DNA of 64,000 nt, taken from the NCBI GenBank assembly GCA_041649835.1, contig JBAZML010000002.1, forward strand, positions 3,318 to 67,317. The letters are read 5' to 3'. The DNA comes from Candidatus Shapirobacteria bacterium. GTDB taxonomy: Bacteria > Patescibacteriota > Microgenomatia > UBA12405. The position numbers and the translations under genes are program-made. Every line of letters starts with the position of its first letter. The first letter of the stretch is position 1. Positions 26,323 to 36,231 of the stretch are shown piece by piece. The notes under the pieces were generated by a model that saw nothing but the letters and a program-made list of their open reading frames with translations, made no database searches and had not been told where the DNA came from.

Positions 26323-29012
26323 TATAAATTATCCAAATCTTCCCAATCGTCGAATTTCCCTTCCCACTCGGCATTTTCCACGGTTAAATATTTTACTATT
26401 TCTCGCACCTGAGTTTCATATTCTACTAAAAGCCTAAACATTTCTTTAAGACTATCTTTTATTCTTCTTATAACCTCTGTTATATATTCGTCGAGCTTTA
26501 TATATAGAATATTTATATCAATTTTTATAATTGAAGAAACATAAGCAGTTAATATTTGTAAAGCAGAAGTAGCAGCCATTATCGCGTCAAAACTTGTGTC
26601 AGCTTCTGATAAAGCAGTAGAAGCGTCGGTGGTTTCCATTCTAGTATTAAAGTCTATATCACTTTCACCAGGTAACCTAAACACTTCATATTGTGGTTCA
26701 GTTATTGTTCCGCCATCATATAAATCTTTCATCATAGAAGCCGGTGCTGCTTCAAGAATAGTTCTCAAACTACTAGATATAGTGGTCTGAAAAAATCTAT
26801 ATTGTTCTTCTGTTATTATTCCACCATCGTATAAATCTTTCATCATAGAAGTTGGGTATGCCCAAAGAATAACTCTTAAACCGTGATCCATTTCAGGTAA
26901 TGATAAAAGGGTTGTTGAAACATTTTCTTGTTGATCTGCAGTAAGATACCCGACCCCGGAACACAGAGGGGTCTCGATAAGGCCTCCAACTGTTACCCAA
27001 GAATCGTAATCTATGACACCGAAACCATCTTCAAATTCGTTCATTGTTGCTCTAGCCCAGACTTTTGCTTTAATTACTGGGGCTAATTGTTCATACATAT
27101 AATCTATTAAATCGTTCATTTGAAAATCGCCGTTTCCGTCCACAAAAGAAGAAGATAGAGCCAAAGTAACAAAACTCTGTTTTTCATTTAATTCAGTTAC
27201 AAGCCCGCCGGAACCAGCTATTGTTGCCATAGAAGTATAGGCTGAAGCCGGGAGAGTATAAAAATATTGATCATTTATATTATCTCCGCCGAGCCCAAAA
27301 TAAGCCTCTCCGCCTTCTAAAAAGCTTCCTATACCAAAAATCCCTGATCTTGGATAGAGATCTATGTCTCCTAATGCAGTATAAGCCGAATAATCAAAAG
27401 CTAAGTCGTATAAACTCTGAAACTGTTGTAATTGATCCTTTATGGTTGGGGTGAATTCTGTTGTAAAGGTCATTCCGGAAGTATAAATCTCATTAGCACT
27501 AGAATATATAGACATCAAGCTTCTTAGTAAATTAAGATTAGCCGGAATTCCGCTAACCTGATTAAGAATATTCATACCTACTTGACCAGGAAAATTCATA
27601 ATAGTACTTGCGTAATTAGCAATAGTTCCGATTAAAAGCTGGGGGGCTGTAGTAATAGTTTGAAATAGTTGTCTAGCCGCCGCCATTTCAGTTTTAATAT
27701 ATGTAGCTATTTCATCCACTTGCATAACAATTTCTGTAACCGGTTTTAGAACTTCATTTGCCCAACCTATTGCGTCTTGAACATAAGCCGCGATTGTTTC
27801 TTGGAATTTCTGCATAGCCTCCATTATAGGCTGCATAGCTTTATTTATTGACTCTTGAATACCGGCTAGAGCCGAGTTTGTTTTATTTAGAGCTTCGGTA
27901 ATTGGTTTTTTACCTAATAATGTTGGAGTTCCTCCACTTTGATTCGGTCCCATAGAATTTTTTGCAGCCGGGCCATATGCACTACTACTTCTAAACCCAG
28001 CAGTAAAAGAAGACAAAAAACCGAGGCAAGAATGAGATACTGATCCTTTACCTGAAAATGATTGTGCCCCCCAGACTCCTACATTTTGACTAGCTTTTGC
28101 TGAAATGTTTTGTGTAGACCCTGCAGCTAAAGTTTGTCCACCAATTCCATAACTAATTTGTTTTCCTTGAACTATTTTTGTTTCAGCATCTGTAATAGTT
28201 ATTCTCTTGGTTCCGCCGATAACCTCATTTTCCTTTCCGGTTATGTATCTATATGATTCACCCCCGATATATTCGTAGGATTTACCTATAATGAGATTGT
28301 ATCTATCAGCGTTATTTCTAATTACCATATCTCCAGTAGGAGATATTTCTATATAAGAATTTGATGGATGATATAAATGAAACCTTTCTCCAGAAGGAGT
28401 ATTATCAAGTTCTATTACAAATCCTGCATGTGTTGCTAATATGGTATCATTAGGATATTTGGTAGAATTTAAATAATAATATGGATCTTTTTCTGACCAT
28501 GTTCCACTCTCTCCATCTGGAACATTTTCTAATTTTCTAGCTTTTCTAGTTTCAACAACAGTTCCTGTAGAATTATCTCTAGCTAACCTATTCCAGTCAG
28601 ACTCTCCTAACATAGAAGATAATGGATAATTACCAGATGGGTCGTTAAAACCGTCTTTAGGATTAGCTTTTAATTTTGGAATACCTGGAGCTGAAGCAAA
28701 GTAGCGAGGCTGAGTCAGGGCCCCATTCTCAAAAAAAATGTATAAATGGCTGCCCTGAAGTGGCACAGAAAACATTCCAAACCCAGAAACTGCTCCCTCA
28801 AATATTGAAAGACATGGTTCCGCCCAAGGTAAATTAGCAGTAGGAATACCCTCAGTTTCAGAAATAGTCTTTACTTGGGTATGAATTCCATAAATTCGTA
28901 CTTTACATCTGCCTCGTTTCTCGGGATCGTTGTTATCTTCGACAACCCCCCTATACACACCATCAAACCGGCCAGAAGAAGGTAATAGATTTTTAACCGA
29001 GATGCGACTCAT
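26322..29012 (-). CDS. baseplate central spike/hub protein, gp5/gpV-like N-terminal OB domain
   Basis: GVVEDNNDPEKRGRCKVRIYGIHT...LPWAEPC is the classic gp5/VgrG N-terminal OB-fold signature; C-terminal 27-aa repeat x2. Confidence 0.65.
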   Translation of the reverse strand: MSRISVKNLLPSSGRFDGVYRGVVEDNNDPEKRGRCKVRIYGIHTQVKTISETEGIPTANLPWAEPCLSIFEGAVSGFGMFSVPLQGSHLYIFFENGALTQPRYFASAPGIPKLKANPKDGFNDPSGNYPLSSMLGESDWNRLARDNSTGTVVETRKARKLENVPDGESGTWSEKDPYYYLNSTKYPNDTILATHAGFVIELDNTPSGERFHLYHPSNSYIEISPTGDMVIRNNADRYNLIIGKSYEYIGGESYRYITGKENEVIGGTKRITITDAETKIVQGKQISYGIGGQTLAAGSTQNISAKASQNVGVWGAQSFSGKGSVSHSCLGFLSSFTAGFRSSSAYGPAAKNSMGPNQSGGTPTLLGKKPITEALNKTNSALAGIQESINKAMQPIMEAMQKFQETIAAYVQDAIGWANEVLKPVTEIVMQVDEIATYIKTEMAAARQLFQTITTAPQLLIGTIANYASTIMNFPGQVGMNILNQVSGIPANLNLLRSLMSIYSSANEIYTSGMTFTTEFTPTIKDQLQQFQSLYDLAFDYSAYTALGDIDLYPRSGIFGIGSFLEGGEAYFGLGGDNINDQYFYTLPASAYTSMATIAGSGGLVTELNEKQSFVTLALSSSFVDGNGDFQMNDLIDYMYEQLAPVIKAKVWARATMNEFEDGFGVIDYDSWVTVGGLIETPLCSGVGYLTADQQENVSTTLLSLPEMDHGLRVILWAYPTSMMKDLYDGGIITEEQYRFFQTTISSSLRTILEAAPASMMKDLYDGGTITEPQYEVFRLPGESDIDFNTRMETTDASTALSEADTSFDAIMAATSALQILTAYVSSIIKIDINILYIKLDEYITEVIRRIKDSLKEMFRLLVEYETQVREIVKYLTVENAEWEGKFDDWEDLDNL

Positions 29013-30265
29013 GCAAATACACTCTTAAAAATGTCTGTTATAGAATTCAAAGCAATGGTACCACTACCTTGAATTCTGCCATATGCATTACGAATACAAG
29101 TGAGTGTCTGAATAAAGTACGGAGTCTGGAGAGGAGTAAAACGATGCAACACAGACTTTACTAAATATGAACCGGAGTCCATACTAGAATAAAGCTGAGT
29201 TGCTGTCATAGAAGGCCACTGAATATTGATCTTCTGCCCAGCATATCGTTTGTTATGACCGGAAACAACCAGCTTCACGCAATTTTGTAATGCATAACGC
29301 CTTATAAAGTTGTTGTAAAACAAATTTTTCAATACAGTTTTGTCACTTTCTCCAGTCAAATCGTAGACATATTGACTATATTGTAAACTATCATTATTAT
29401 TTGTAAACAAAGAATTACTTCCTAGACTGCTGATTTCTTTAACAGCTGTTGCATAAACAAAACTTTCATCAGGTTCTATTCCGATCATTGTTTTGGTTTT
29501 TGTGTCAAAGCCTAGTAGAGCTCCGCCTCCAAACTCTTTCATTCCTTGATTATCTACTCCATTTTGCTGCCAAGACAAAACCCTATTATCATTGTTTATT
29601 TGGGTAGTTTCCAATACATAAGTATCAGAATCTATGTCAGAGCTATTAAACAAACTATCTATGGTGACAAAATTTATATACTTTTTTCCATTAGAGAAAA
29701 ACAAATATCCATAGTTACATTTGCCCTTAGTACCTTTAGACCTATTAGAAATCCATCTTATTGTTTCCATTGGAGTCCAGTATGGCATACAAAAATCTTC
29801 TAAATAAGTATCGGATGTCTCTATGTTAATGTCTGTGGAAGTCACTTGCAACATATTCTTTACAATATCGGAAATAACAGTTGAAGCTTTTACTTTAGAA
29901 CCCCAGGCCTTAGAGAATTTTAAACTTGTCAAATTTTTATAATAGGAATCAGTGAAATAAAGTTCTATGACAGAAGCCTGTCCTTGTTTGAACCCAGTAG
30001 TAGAAGAAATCTTACCAATTCTTAGTAATGAAAATTCTCTTTGTTGAACTGAAGTTTTACCAAAAGCTATTAGAATCTTTTCTGCCCCAGTTAACGGACC
30101 CATCTCTTTTAGACCATATTTATCAGTTAGAGTTAATTTACCGAAACAACAGACACTATAAATATCTTCGCTAAAGTAACAATCAAAAATATCTTTATTA
30201 TCGATCATAACAGTTTTTAAAGCACCTAATTGAATGATAAGGGTAAATATTCCCTGCTCTGACAT
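29009..30265 (-). CDS. baseplate/tail structural protein
   Basis: 418-aa ORF between tape-measure region and spike. Confidence 0.35.
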   Translation of the reverse strand: MSEQGIFTLIIQLGALKTVMIDNKDIFDCYFSEDIYSVCCFGKLTLTDKYGLKEMGPLTGAEKILIAFGKTSVQQREFSLLRIGKISSTTGFKQGQASVIELYFTDSYYKNLTSLKFSKAWGSKVKASTVISDIVKNMLQVTSTDINIETSDTYLEDFCMPYWTPMETIRWISNRSKGTKGKCNYGYLFFSNGKKYINFVTIDSLFNSSDIDSDTYVLETTQINNDNRVLSWQQNGVDNQGMKEFGGGALLGFDTKTKTMIGIEPDESFVYATAVKEISSLGSNSLFTNNNDSLQYSQYVYDLTGESDKTVLKNLFYNNFIRRYALQNCVKLVVSGHNKRYAGQKINIQWPSMTATQLYSSMDSGSYLVKSVLHRFTPLQTPYFIQTLTCIRNAYGRIQGSGTIALNSITDIFKSVFA

Positions 30266-30280
30266 TATTTAGATCCTATT

Positions 30281-30664
30281 TTATTTGTTAGCAATGGCGT
30301 TGATCTCTGCTAACAATTGGTAAAGAAAATTTGGTTTAAGTATTTTTAGAGTATTTCCTGGAAGTAGATCCTCAAATGGATTCAATATATCATTGAACAA
30401 ACAAATAACCCACCATAAATACGGGCTGTTATAATACTTCATGCTTATAGTATCTGGAAAATCAGTATCATCAATATCATGATTAAGAAAATAAAGTACA
30501 TTTTTATTAGCTTTTTCGTTAATGATATAGTTTCGAAAGAGGTTCAAAAAATACTCTTTGGATTCAGTATCATAAAGAATATTGAACAAATTTAATTCAC
30601 TAGTATTACTAAGATAGTGATTAGTTAATGTATAAAAGTCTTTGTCTGATTTTTCTATAGGCAT
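30281..30664 (-). CDS. hypothetical tail protein
   Basis: 127-aa ORF in tail module. Confidence 0.3.
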   Translation of the reverse strand: MPIEKSDKDFYTLTNHYLSNTSELNLFNILYDTESKEYFLNLFRNYIINEKANKNVLYFLNHDIDDTDFPDTISMKYYNSPYLWWVICLFNDILNPFEDLLPGNTLKILKPNFLYQLLAEINAIANK

Positions 30665-30674
30665 AGTTTATCTC

Positions 30675-31487
30675 TTACATTGCCCTAGGAGCAGCGTCTG
30701 ATGTCACAGTAACAGAACTTCCAGTTTCAAAAGTACTATCAAACAATGGAGTTATATCTTGAAATGTTAGTTGTAATTTACATGAAGTAGGTTTACCTTT
30801 AACAAACGGGTAGGAAAGTTCCGGCTGAACAGTCTTTAGCGCTGCATATTGTAATTTAATAATCCCCTTAGGGATGGATTCTATTTTAAAGATGTGTGGT
30901 GGAGTTATAGATAAAACATTATTCACTATTTTTTTAGGGCTAGAAAATTTCATTAAATCTATTATTGCATTTTCTATTTTTTCATAATCAGAGGCTTGAT
31001 ATACCGCTAGCTCAAAATTAAAATTATATTCCAAATTTTGAGTTCCTTTATAAACTAAAGGGGCATCAACTCTGTAATTTATAACATCCCCTGACAACAT
31101 ACTACTAAGTTTGCCGGATAAGGTATCCATCCCCGTTTTTTTACTATCCCAGTTACCACTAAGTAGATTTTTTACATCTGCCCATGGAGAAAAATTTCCA
31201 GCAGCATTTTTAAGATCTTGCCATGGAATCATCCAGTTAGATATTACATTTGCCATTCTGGAAGTAATATTCTCATAGTTTTCCCAACTATGATCTAAAT
31301 TTAATTGGATATCGTTGGGTGCTAAAAATTTAAATACCCCTTCTGTTGCGCCCACTCTTACTTGGGCGTCGGAGCTTCTTATATTTGAAGTTTGTCCTTC
31401 GTACTTACATGCTGATATTTTTATCCAAAGGCAATCTTGTGGATTACTTGCCCAAGGACCAAAATCTGGAAATTGATATTCTGCCAT
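30675..31487 (-). CDS. hypothetical tail protein
   Basis: 270-aa ORF immediately downstream of tape measure. Confidence 0.3.
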   Translation of the reverse strand: MAEYQFPDFGPWASNPQDCLWIKISACKYEGQTSNIRSSDAQVRVGATEGVFKFLAPNDIQLNLDHSWENYENITSRMANVISNWMIPWQDLKNAAGNFSPWADVKNLLSGNWDSKKTGMDTLSGKLSSMLSGDVINYRVDAPLVYKGTQNLEYNFNFELAVYQASDYEKIENAIIDLMKFSSPKKIVNNVLSITPPHIFKIESIPKGIIKLQYAALKTVQPELSYPFVKGKPTSCKLQLTFQDITPLFDSTFETGSSVTVTSDAAPRAM

Positions 31488-31496
31488 TGTTTTTCC

Positions 31497-34400
31497 TTAT
31501 GGATTAAGAATTGATAATGCTAATCCCATAGTTCCCAGAACATACATATCATCAATCTCAAATGCATTAACTTGTTGCCCCTGCTGTTTACCGCCGGAAC
31601 TCATTGTTTGAGAAATGATGTTATTTGTTTGGGTAGCATTTTTACTCATTTCTCCGGGTAAATTTGAAGCGGCTTGAGCGGTGGCCTGTAAAGCTGCAGT
31701 ATTAGTTGCTTGTATTTGTGCTGTATTTAATCCTTTTTGTCGTTCCAGATCTGCAATTTGAGAAGTTGTCGTTAATCCAGTTAATGGAGATATTTTAGCC
31801 ATGTTATTCTGTTGTGCCTTACGTATATACTCTTCTGTAGATATACCACTTTTTACTGTATGCCCGGAACCATAGTCTGGGTTGTAAGACGTTTCTGCCA
31901 TAAGGGTTTTTCCAGTAGTAGGATCATAATATGCAATAGCTCCATGTCCTAGGCCCACAATAGAGTCCCCAGGCTTAATGTCTGATGCTCCATACTGCCC
32001 AGATTTTAAAAGAGTTCCAGCGTTTTTTCTAAGAAGTTCAGCAGAACCCCCGGTTGTTAGGTCTTTATATTTGGCCATTTGTTCAGGAGATAGCTGACCC
32101 GCCATAGAATCTAGTAAAGTTCTATACCCATAATTTACTAAACCAGTGCAGTCTATTTTCTTCGTTACGTTAGGATCTACTCCATGTCCACCGCCATATT
32201 CATAACCAAAGTTTTTAGAAGCATATTGTATTCCATTAAACATTGCGGTTAGAGGATCAGTACCTAGTTGAGGTCCTGTAGATTTAACACTAGGACCTCC
32301 GTATGTTTCCATTAAAAACTTTTTTGTTTCCATTGGGAGTTTACTTCTATCCATAGGGGCATTTGCTCCACCTAAAGCTCTATCTAATTTACCCTCTCCC
32401 CAATTATAAGCAGCCAGTGCTTTTTCTTTATCTCCTCCATATTTCTTCAATAGCCCAGCATAATAACTAACTCCTTTGTTAATATTTTGTTCCGGGTCAT
32501 ATGCGTTTATATTACCCGCTGTACCGGGCATAAGTTGCATAAGACCCATTGCACCTTTTGGAGAAGTTACACTAGGGTTCCAATTTGATTCTGTTTGAAT
32601 TAGTCTAGCTATATCTGCTGGGGTTATATCAGTTCTACCTGTAGCTTTAATAGCCTGATCTATAAATGGTGCATATGCTGGGTTTCTTATTATATCTGAT
32701 GCATTTGCAGGGATAGATGGTGTTCCAATCCCACCTACAATTCCACTACCCCCGCTTATAGCACCTACTGTTTGCGGAGAATTACCGCCGCCCAAAGTAT
32801 TAGTTACTTTTCCTAATACTCCCTTCCATATCTCATTTAACCATCCTACAACATCACTTCCAATACCTAAATACTTGTCTCTATTTTTATCATCGAATTT
32901 GTTTAGGTCTTTGGTCTGAACCAAATTGGCTTTGACTATGGCCTCATACATTGCATTTTCTGCACTTCCGGCTGAAGGAGATTCGCCCTTTTTTATATCT
33001 TCTTCAATCATATCTCCAACGTTTTTACCGATCCAGCCACCTATAAAGCCACCAATCATTTCTCCAGCAAAAACCCCGGCAGCAGCCCCAGCAGGGCCGC
33101 CTAGTAAAAAACCAAGACCGCCGCCAATGAGAGCCCCCGCGCCTTGCCCAGCAAAAGAACCGCCAACTGCTCCTGCAGTACCACCAACACCTTGTCCCTG
33201 AGCTGCAGCAAGTCCACCACTTAATAGAGCGCTTCCACCTCTAGTAGTAAATAACTTTTTACCGAGATTTAAACCTCCTTTTGCAATTGAACCGATTTTA
33301 CCTTTTAAATAGTCTAAACCTAAATATGAACCAATAAGAGCCGCTATATCACCAAAGTCGATTCCTCCGTCTTCTCCTGGAGGCTGGGCGCCAACAGAAC
33401 CAACCTGATTACCAAAAATTCCTTTTTTGAACTTAGCCTTTAATGTTGCTTTTGTTCTAGCATTTCTTTCGTTTTTGGCTTGTTGGGCTTCTCTATCTTT
33501 AGCCTCACGTTTTTTAATCTTTTTTAATTGATTATGTAATCTAGCTTCATCTCTTATGGAGGTATACTTAGCTAAAATAGAGTCCTTCATAGACTTTACA
33601 AAACTAAATATCTTATCTTTAAGAGACTTGTTACCTTTACCAAAAGTCTCAGCTAGGGCCTTTAAACCTCCCTTAAGTTTGCTAGCGTATTCTGAAATCG
33701 TTTTTGCTAATTTTGATTCTCCAAGTTTTTCGAAAAGGGCTTTAATTTTTTGAAATCTTTCAGAGTTGACAATACCTAAGAACTTTTCTTTAAAGAGGTC
33801 TATTTTATCTAAAACTTTAGATTTAAAATTTTTACTAAGAAACCCAGAAACCATAACAACATCTTTTATATAACCTAAAAACTTTCCAAATAGTTTAAAA
33901 TATAGAGGAAATCTAAAGAACTTACTCATGAAAAATTTTATCGGCCTAGTCATAGCAACTGCCTGTTCTCTACTAAATCCTCCGTATTTGGTTAAAACTG
34001 TTCTAGCGGCGAATCTTATTAGAAAAAACTTTATCCACCAACTAAAAATCTTTTTAACCCAACCAAAAAGTCCCTTGGCTGCATCCCACACAGCTCCTAA
34101 CTTATCTCCTAAAATTTCATGAAAATCATTCTTAACCAATTCTATCATTGAAGCAAACTTAGTTTTAATAAACTCTAAAGCTTTACCGAACACATTATAC
34201 ATAGCCACTCTAGCTGTACCAAAAACGTCGCTTTTTACTTTTCCTATAGTTTTACTAACCATTTTTTTGTATAAAGATCTACCTACATAAACCCCGATAC
34301 CAGTAGCAACAGCACCAACAAGAGTAACACCTAGATATTTTAGAAAGGATCTCTCTTGCTTTATTTTTTTGGTATAATAGACTTTTTGACTACCAGAAAT

Positions 34401-34550
34401 AGCGTTTTGTAGTTTTAGTAGATCTTTAGACGAAATTGTAGCAGGTAAAGATCCGGCTGCGATCTTTACATTTACTGCGTCAGCGGCCTTATTTGAAACC
34501 CGAACTGGAACAAGAAGGTTTCGATTTTTCACTGCGTCGACAATTGGCAT
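31497..34550 (-). CDS. tail tape-measure protein with lytic transglycosylase (SLT) and NlpC/P60 peptidase domains
   Basis: Long K-rich helical N-half, Gly-zipper segment; IQTESNWNP...GAMGLMQLMPGTAG (SLT motif); KIDCTGLVNYGY (NlpC/P60 Cys box). Confidence 0.65.
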   Translation of the reverse strand: MPIVDAVKNRNLLVPVRVSNKAADAVNVKIAAGSLPATISSKDLLKLQNAISGSQKVYYTKKIKQERSFLKYLGVTLVGAVATGIGVYVGRSLYKKMVSKTIGKVKSDVFGTARVAMYNVFGKALEFIKTKFASMIELVKNDFHEILGDKLGAVWDAAKGLFGWVKKIFSWWIKFFLIRFAARTVLTKYGGFSREQAVAMTRPIKFFMSKFFRFPLYFKLFGKFLGYIKDVVMVSGFLSKNFKSKVLDKIDLFKEKFLGIVNSERFQKIKALFEKLGESKLAKTISEYASKLKGGLKALAETFGKGNKSLKDKIFSFVKSMKDSILAKYTSIRDEARLHNQLKKIKKREAKDREAQQAKNERNARTKATLKAKFKKGIFGNQVGSVGAQPPGEDGGIDFGDIAALIGSYLGLDYLKGKIGSIAKGGLNLGKKLFTTRGGSALLSGGLAAAQGQGVGGTAGAVGGSFAGQGAGALIGGGLGFLLGGPAGAAAGVFAGEMIGGFIGGWIGKNVGDMIEEDIKKGESPSAGSAENAMYEAIVKANLVQTKDLNKFDDKNRDKYLGIGSDVVGWLNEIWKGVLGKVTNTLGGGNSPQTVGAISGGSGIVGGIGTPSIPANASDIIRNPAYAPFIDQAIKATGRTDITPADIARLIQTESNWNPSVTSPKGAMGLMQLMPGTAGNINAYDPEQNINKGVSYYAGLLKKYGGDKEKALAAYNWGEGKLDRALGGANAPMDRSKLPMETKKFLMETYGGPSVKSTGPQLGTDPLTAMFNGIQYASKNFGYEYGGGHGVDPNVTKKIDCTGLVNYGYRTLLDSMAGQLSPEQMAKYKDLTTGGSAELLRKNAGTLLKSGQYGASDIKPGDSIVGLGHGAIAYYDPTTGKTLMAETSYNPDYGSGHTVKSGISTEEYIRKAQQNNMAKISPLTGLTTTSQIADLERQKGLNTAQIQATNTAALQATAQAASNLPGEMSKNATQTNNIISQTMSSGGKQQGQQVNAFEIDDMYVLGTMGLALSILNP

Positions 34551-34576
34551 TTTAGTTATAACTCCAAAAATAAAAA

Positions 34577-34613
34577 GGTCTTAAGGATATTTATACAATA
34601 TCTCCTTAAGACC
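34577..34613 (-). promoter_or_regulatory. perfect 11-bp inverted repeat whose loop carries a TATAAATA late-promoter motif, ~38 nt upstream of tape-measure ATG
   Basis: ggtcttaagga-N15-tccttaagacc; loop tatttatacaatatc = TATAAATA on minus strand at 34588-34595. Confidence 0.5.
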
Positions 34614-34649
34614 CGAAGATCCGTTCCTTTTAAAGGAAGCGGAGGAAAA

Positions 34650-34856
34650 TTATTGAGCTGTTTTTATGTTACTTTGTGCTTGTATTTCCTCTTTAAGCTG
34701 TTTGATTACGAGATTTAGAAAAGCCTCTCTTTCAAAGTCGCTCAGCATTGCACTTTCGGTTAGTGAAATTCCGGCGTATTTACTCAAATAATATTGTTCT
34801 TCTACCAATGCCTCTATCGTTGCACCTTCCGTAACGATAGATTTTAGAATAAAAAA
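34650..34856 (-). other. -1 frame extension of tail assembly chaperone (programmed frameshift product, gpGT-like)
   Basis: Slippery heptamer T_TTT_TTA (plus strand 34850-34856 taaaaaa) at the last codons of ORF 34844..35572; -1 frame stays open for ~66 codons to the TAA at 34650-34652. Confidence 0.5.
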
Positions 34857-35572
34857 CTTTCTAAAGATATGTTGATCTCTTCCTCAGATTTGCACCCATC
34901 GCACTTCATCTTATACTTAAATTCAACTCCAAAATTAAGATTATCGAACCAATCTCTAATCTTTTCATAAAGTCCTTCGGGAATCATATTAACGAATTCA
35001 TATGCATCTTCAGCAGTTGGTACTGATTCTCCATCTGGGGTTACTATCTTTTTAATACATAGCGCGTGCGACCATAAGGCCTGATCAATCATTCTCTGTT
35101 GATATTCAAGATCTTTATTTACTTTGGTTGCTGCAACCTTCTGAACTCCACGAGTTAAAATTTGCAATTCAACCGCAATATTATCATCTAATTTTACAGA
35201 AGTATCATATTTTCCTAGCTTTTTTGTATGTAACTTACTAAGATCGATACTTTGCATTGTTTGTGAAGAACACTTGGGACAATTATATACAAATTTGTAA
35301 AGATTGCCTTTAGTTCTCCGTCTTATAGCTACAAGTAAAAAGAACCGATCTTCTAGGTATAACTCGTCAATGTTAAAACCTTCATCTACAACAGATCCAA
35401 CAATTAGATCATCTAAAGCCGTTTCTGAATCATCATCCCCAGTACCGTAGGACAAAAGCCTTTTAAGTTGAAAAGTGTTAAACGGTTTTATTTTAACTTT
35501 CTTTCCAGATCCAGGTAAAGTTTCAGAAAACTCATAACAATTTAAATACTTTTGGACATTTTCTAATGACAC
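34844..35572 (-). CDS. tail assembly chaperone (gpG-like), zinc-ribbon containing
   Basis: Position between tube and tape-measure genes; CPKCSS...CDGC; slippery site at its 3' end. Confidence 0.5.
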   Translation of the reverse strand: MSLENVQKYLNCYEFSETLPGSGKKVKIKPFNTFQLKRLLSYGTGDDDSETALDDLIVGSVVDEGFNIDELYLEDRFFLLVAIRRRTKGNLYKFVYNCPKCSSQTMQSIDLSKLHTKKLGKYDTSVKLDDNIAVELQILTRGVQKVAATKVNKDLEYQQRMIDQALWSHALCIKKIVTPDGESVPTAEDAYEFVNMIPEGLYEKIRDWFDNLNFGVEFKYKMKCDGCKSEEEINISLESFLF

Positions 35573-35638
35573 AATCTATTTCTCCTTAGTCTATTCTAAC
35601 ATAAAAATTATATCATACTACTTAATATTGTAAACTAT

Positions 35639-36169
35639 TTACACATAAGTGAAGTATGTATAGCTGAAAGTAACATCAAAGGTAGCAAAATCAGTGGTCT
35701 GACTCATATCCAATTGCAGATCGCCAACTTCTGACGGCCATGCAAATTGAAGATTATATACTAGAGAAGTAGTAAAAGTCTTCGGATTTAATAAATAGAG
35801 ACTTTGTTCTCTAAAATATTCACTAGGCATTGCGTGTTTATTTGTCTTAGGATTTAAAATAAAATCCTGCCAAGCTAAAAATGCTTTTCTAATATAAGCA
35901 TTTACGTCTACATTAAATGTACACGTTAGATTATTATAAGTCCTCTTTCCTGCTGTCTTATAATCGAAACCTTGCCACTGAGTTATGTTCTCATCAATTG
36001 TGCTGGACGGTAGGTTAGCAGTCTTTACCAAGAACCTTGCGTTCGGAACCAAAGAAATTTCGGCAGGAAAGTTAGGTTCAAAATAAAATAGATAAGCTCT
36101 TGCCCCAGTTTCAAAATTACTTTTAAAAGCGTCAATGTTAAGCTCATTAGCATTAGGTGTATTTGCCAT
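35639..36169 (-). CDS. tail tube protein, T4 gp19-like
   Basis: C-terminal FAWPSEVGDLQLDMSQTTDFATFDVTFSYTYF matches T4 gp19 LWPTNVGELQLDWDSNNEIQTFEVTLALDYW. Confidence 0.75.
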   Translation of the reverse strand: MANTPNANELNIDAFKSNFETGARAYLFYFEPNFPAEISLVPNARFLVKTANLPSSTIDENITQWQGFDYKTAGKRTYNNLTCTFNVDVNAYIRKAFLAWQDFILNPKTNKHAMPSEYFREQSLYLLNPKTFTTSLVYNLQFAWPSEVGDLQLDMSQTTDFATFDVTFSYTYFTYV

Positions 36170-36190
36170 AATATATCTCCTTCAAGATGC

Positions 36191-36214
36191 GGAGCTGAGC
36201 CTTAACTCAGCTCC
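36191..36214 (-). promoter_or_regulatory. GC-rich hairpin between sheath and tube genes (attenuator/RNA-stabilising structure)
   Basis: ggagctgag-ccttaa-ctcagctcc; no clear U-tract. Confidence 0.35.
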
Positions 36215-36231
36215 CAAGTAGTTGTTATTGT

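Noticed and set aside
32926-33201. Pro-rich plus-strand ORF 32926..33201
   Set aside because: It is an antisense artefact of the Gly-rich (GGN codon) segment of the tape-measure gene.
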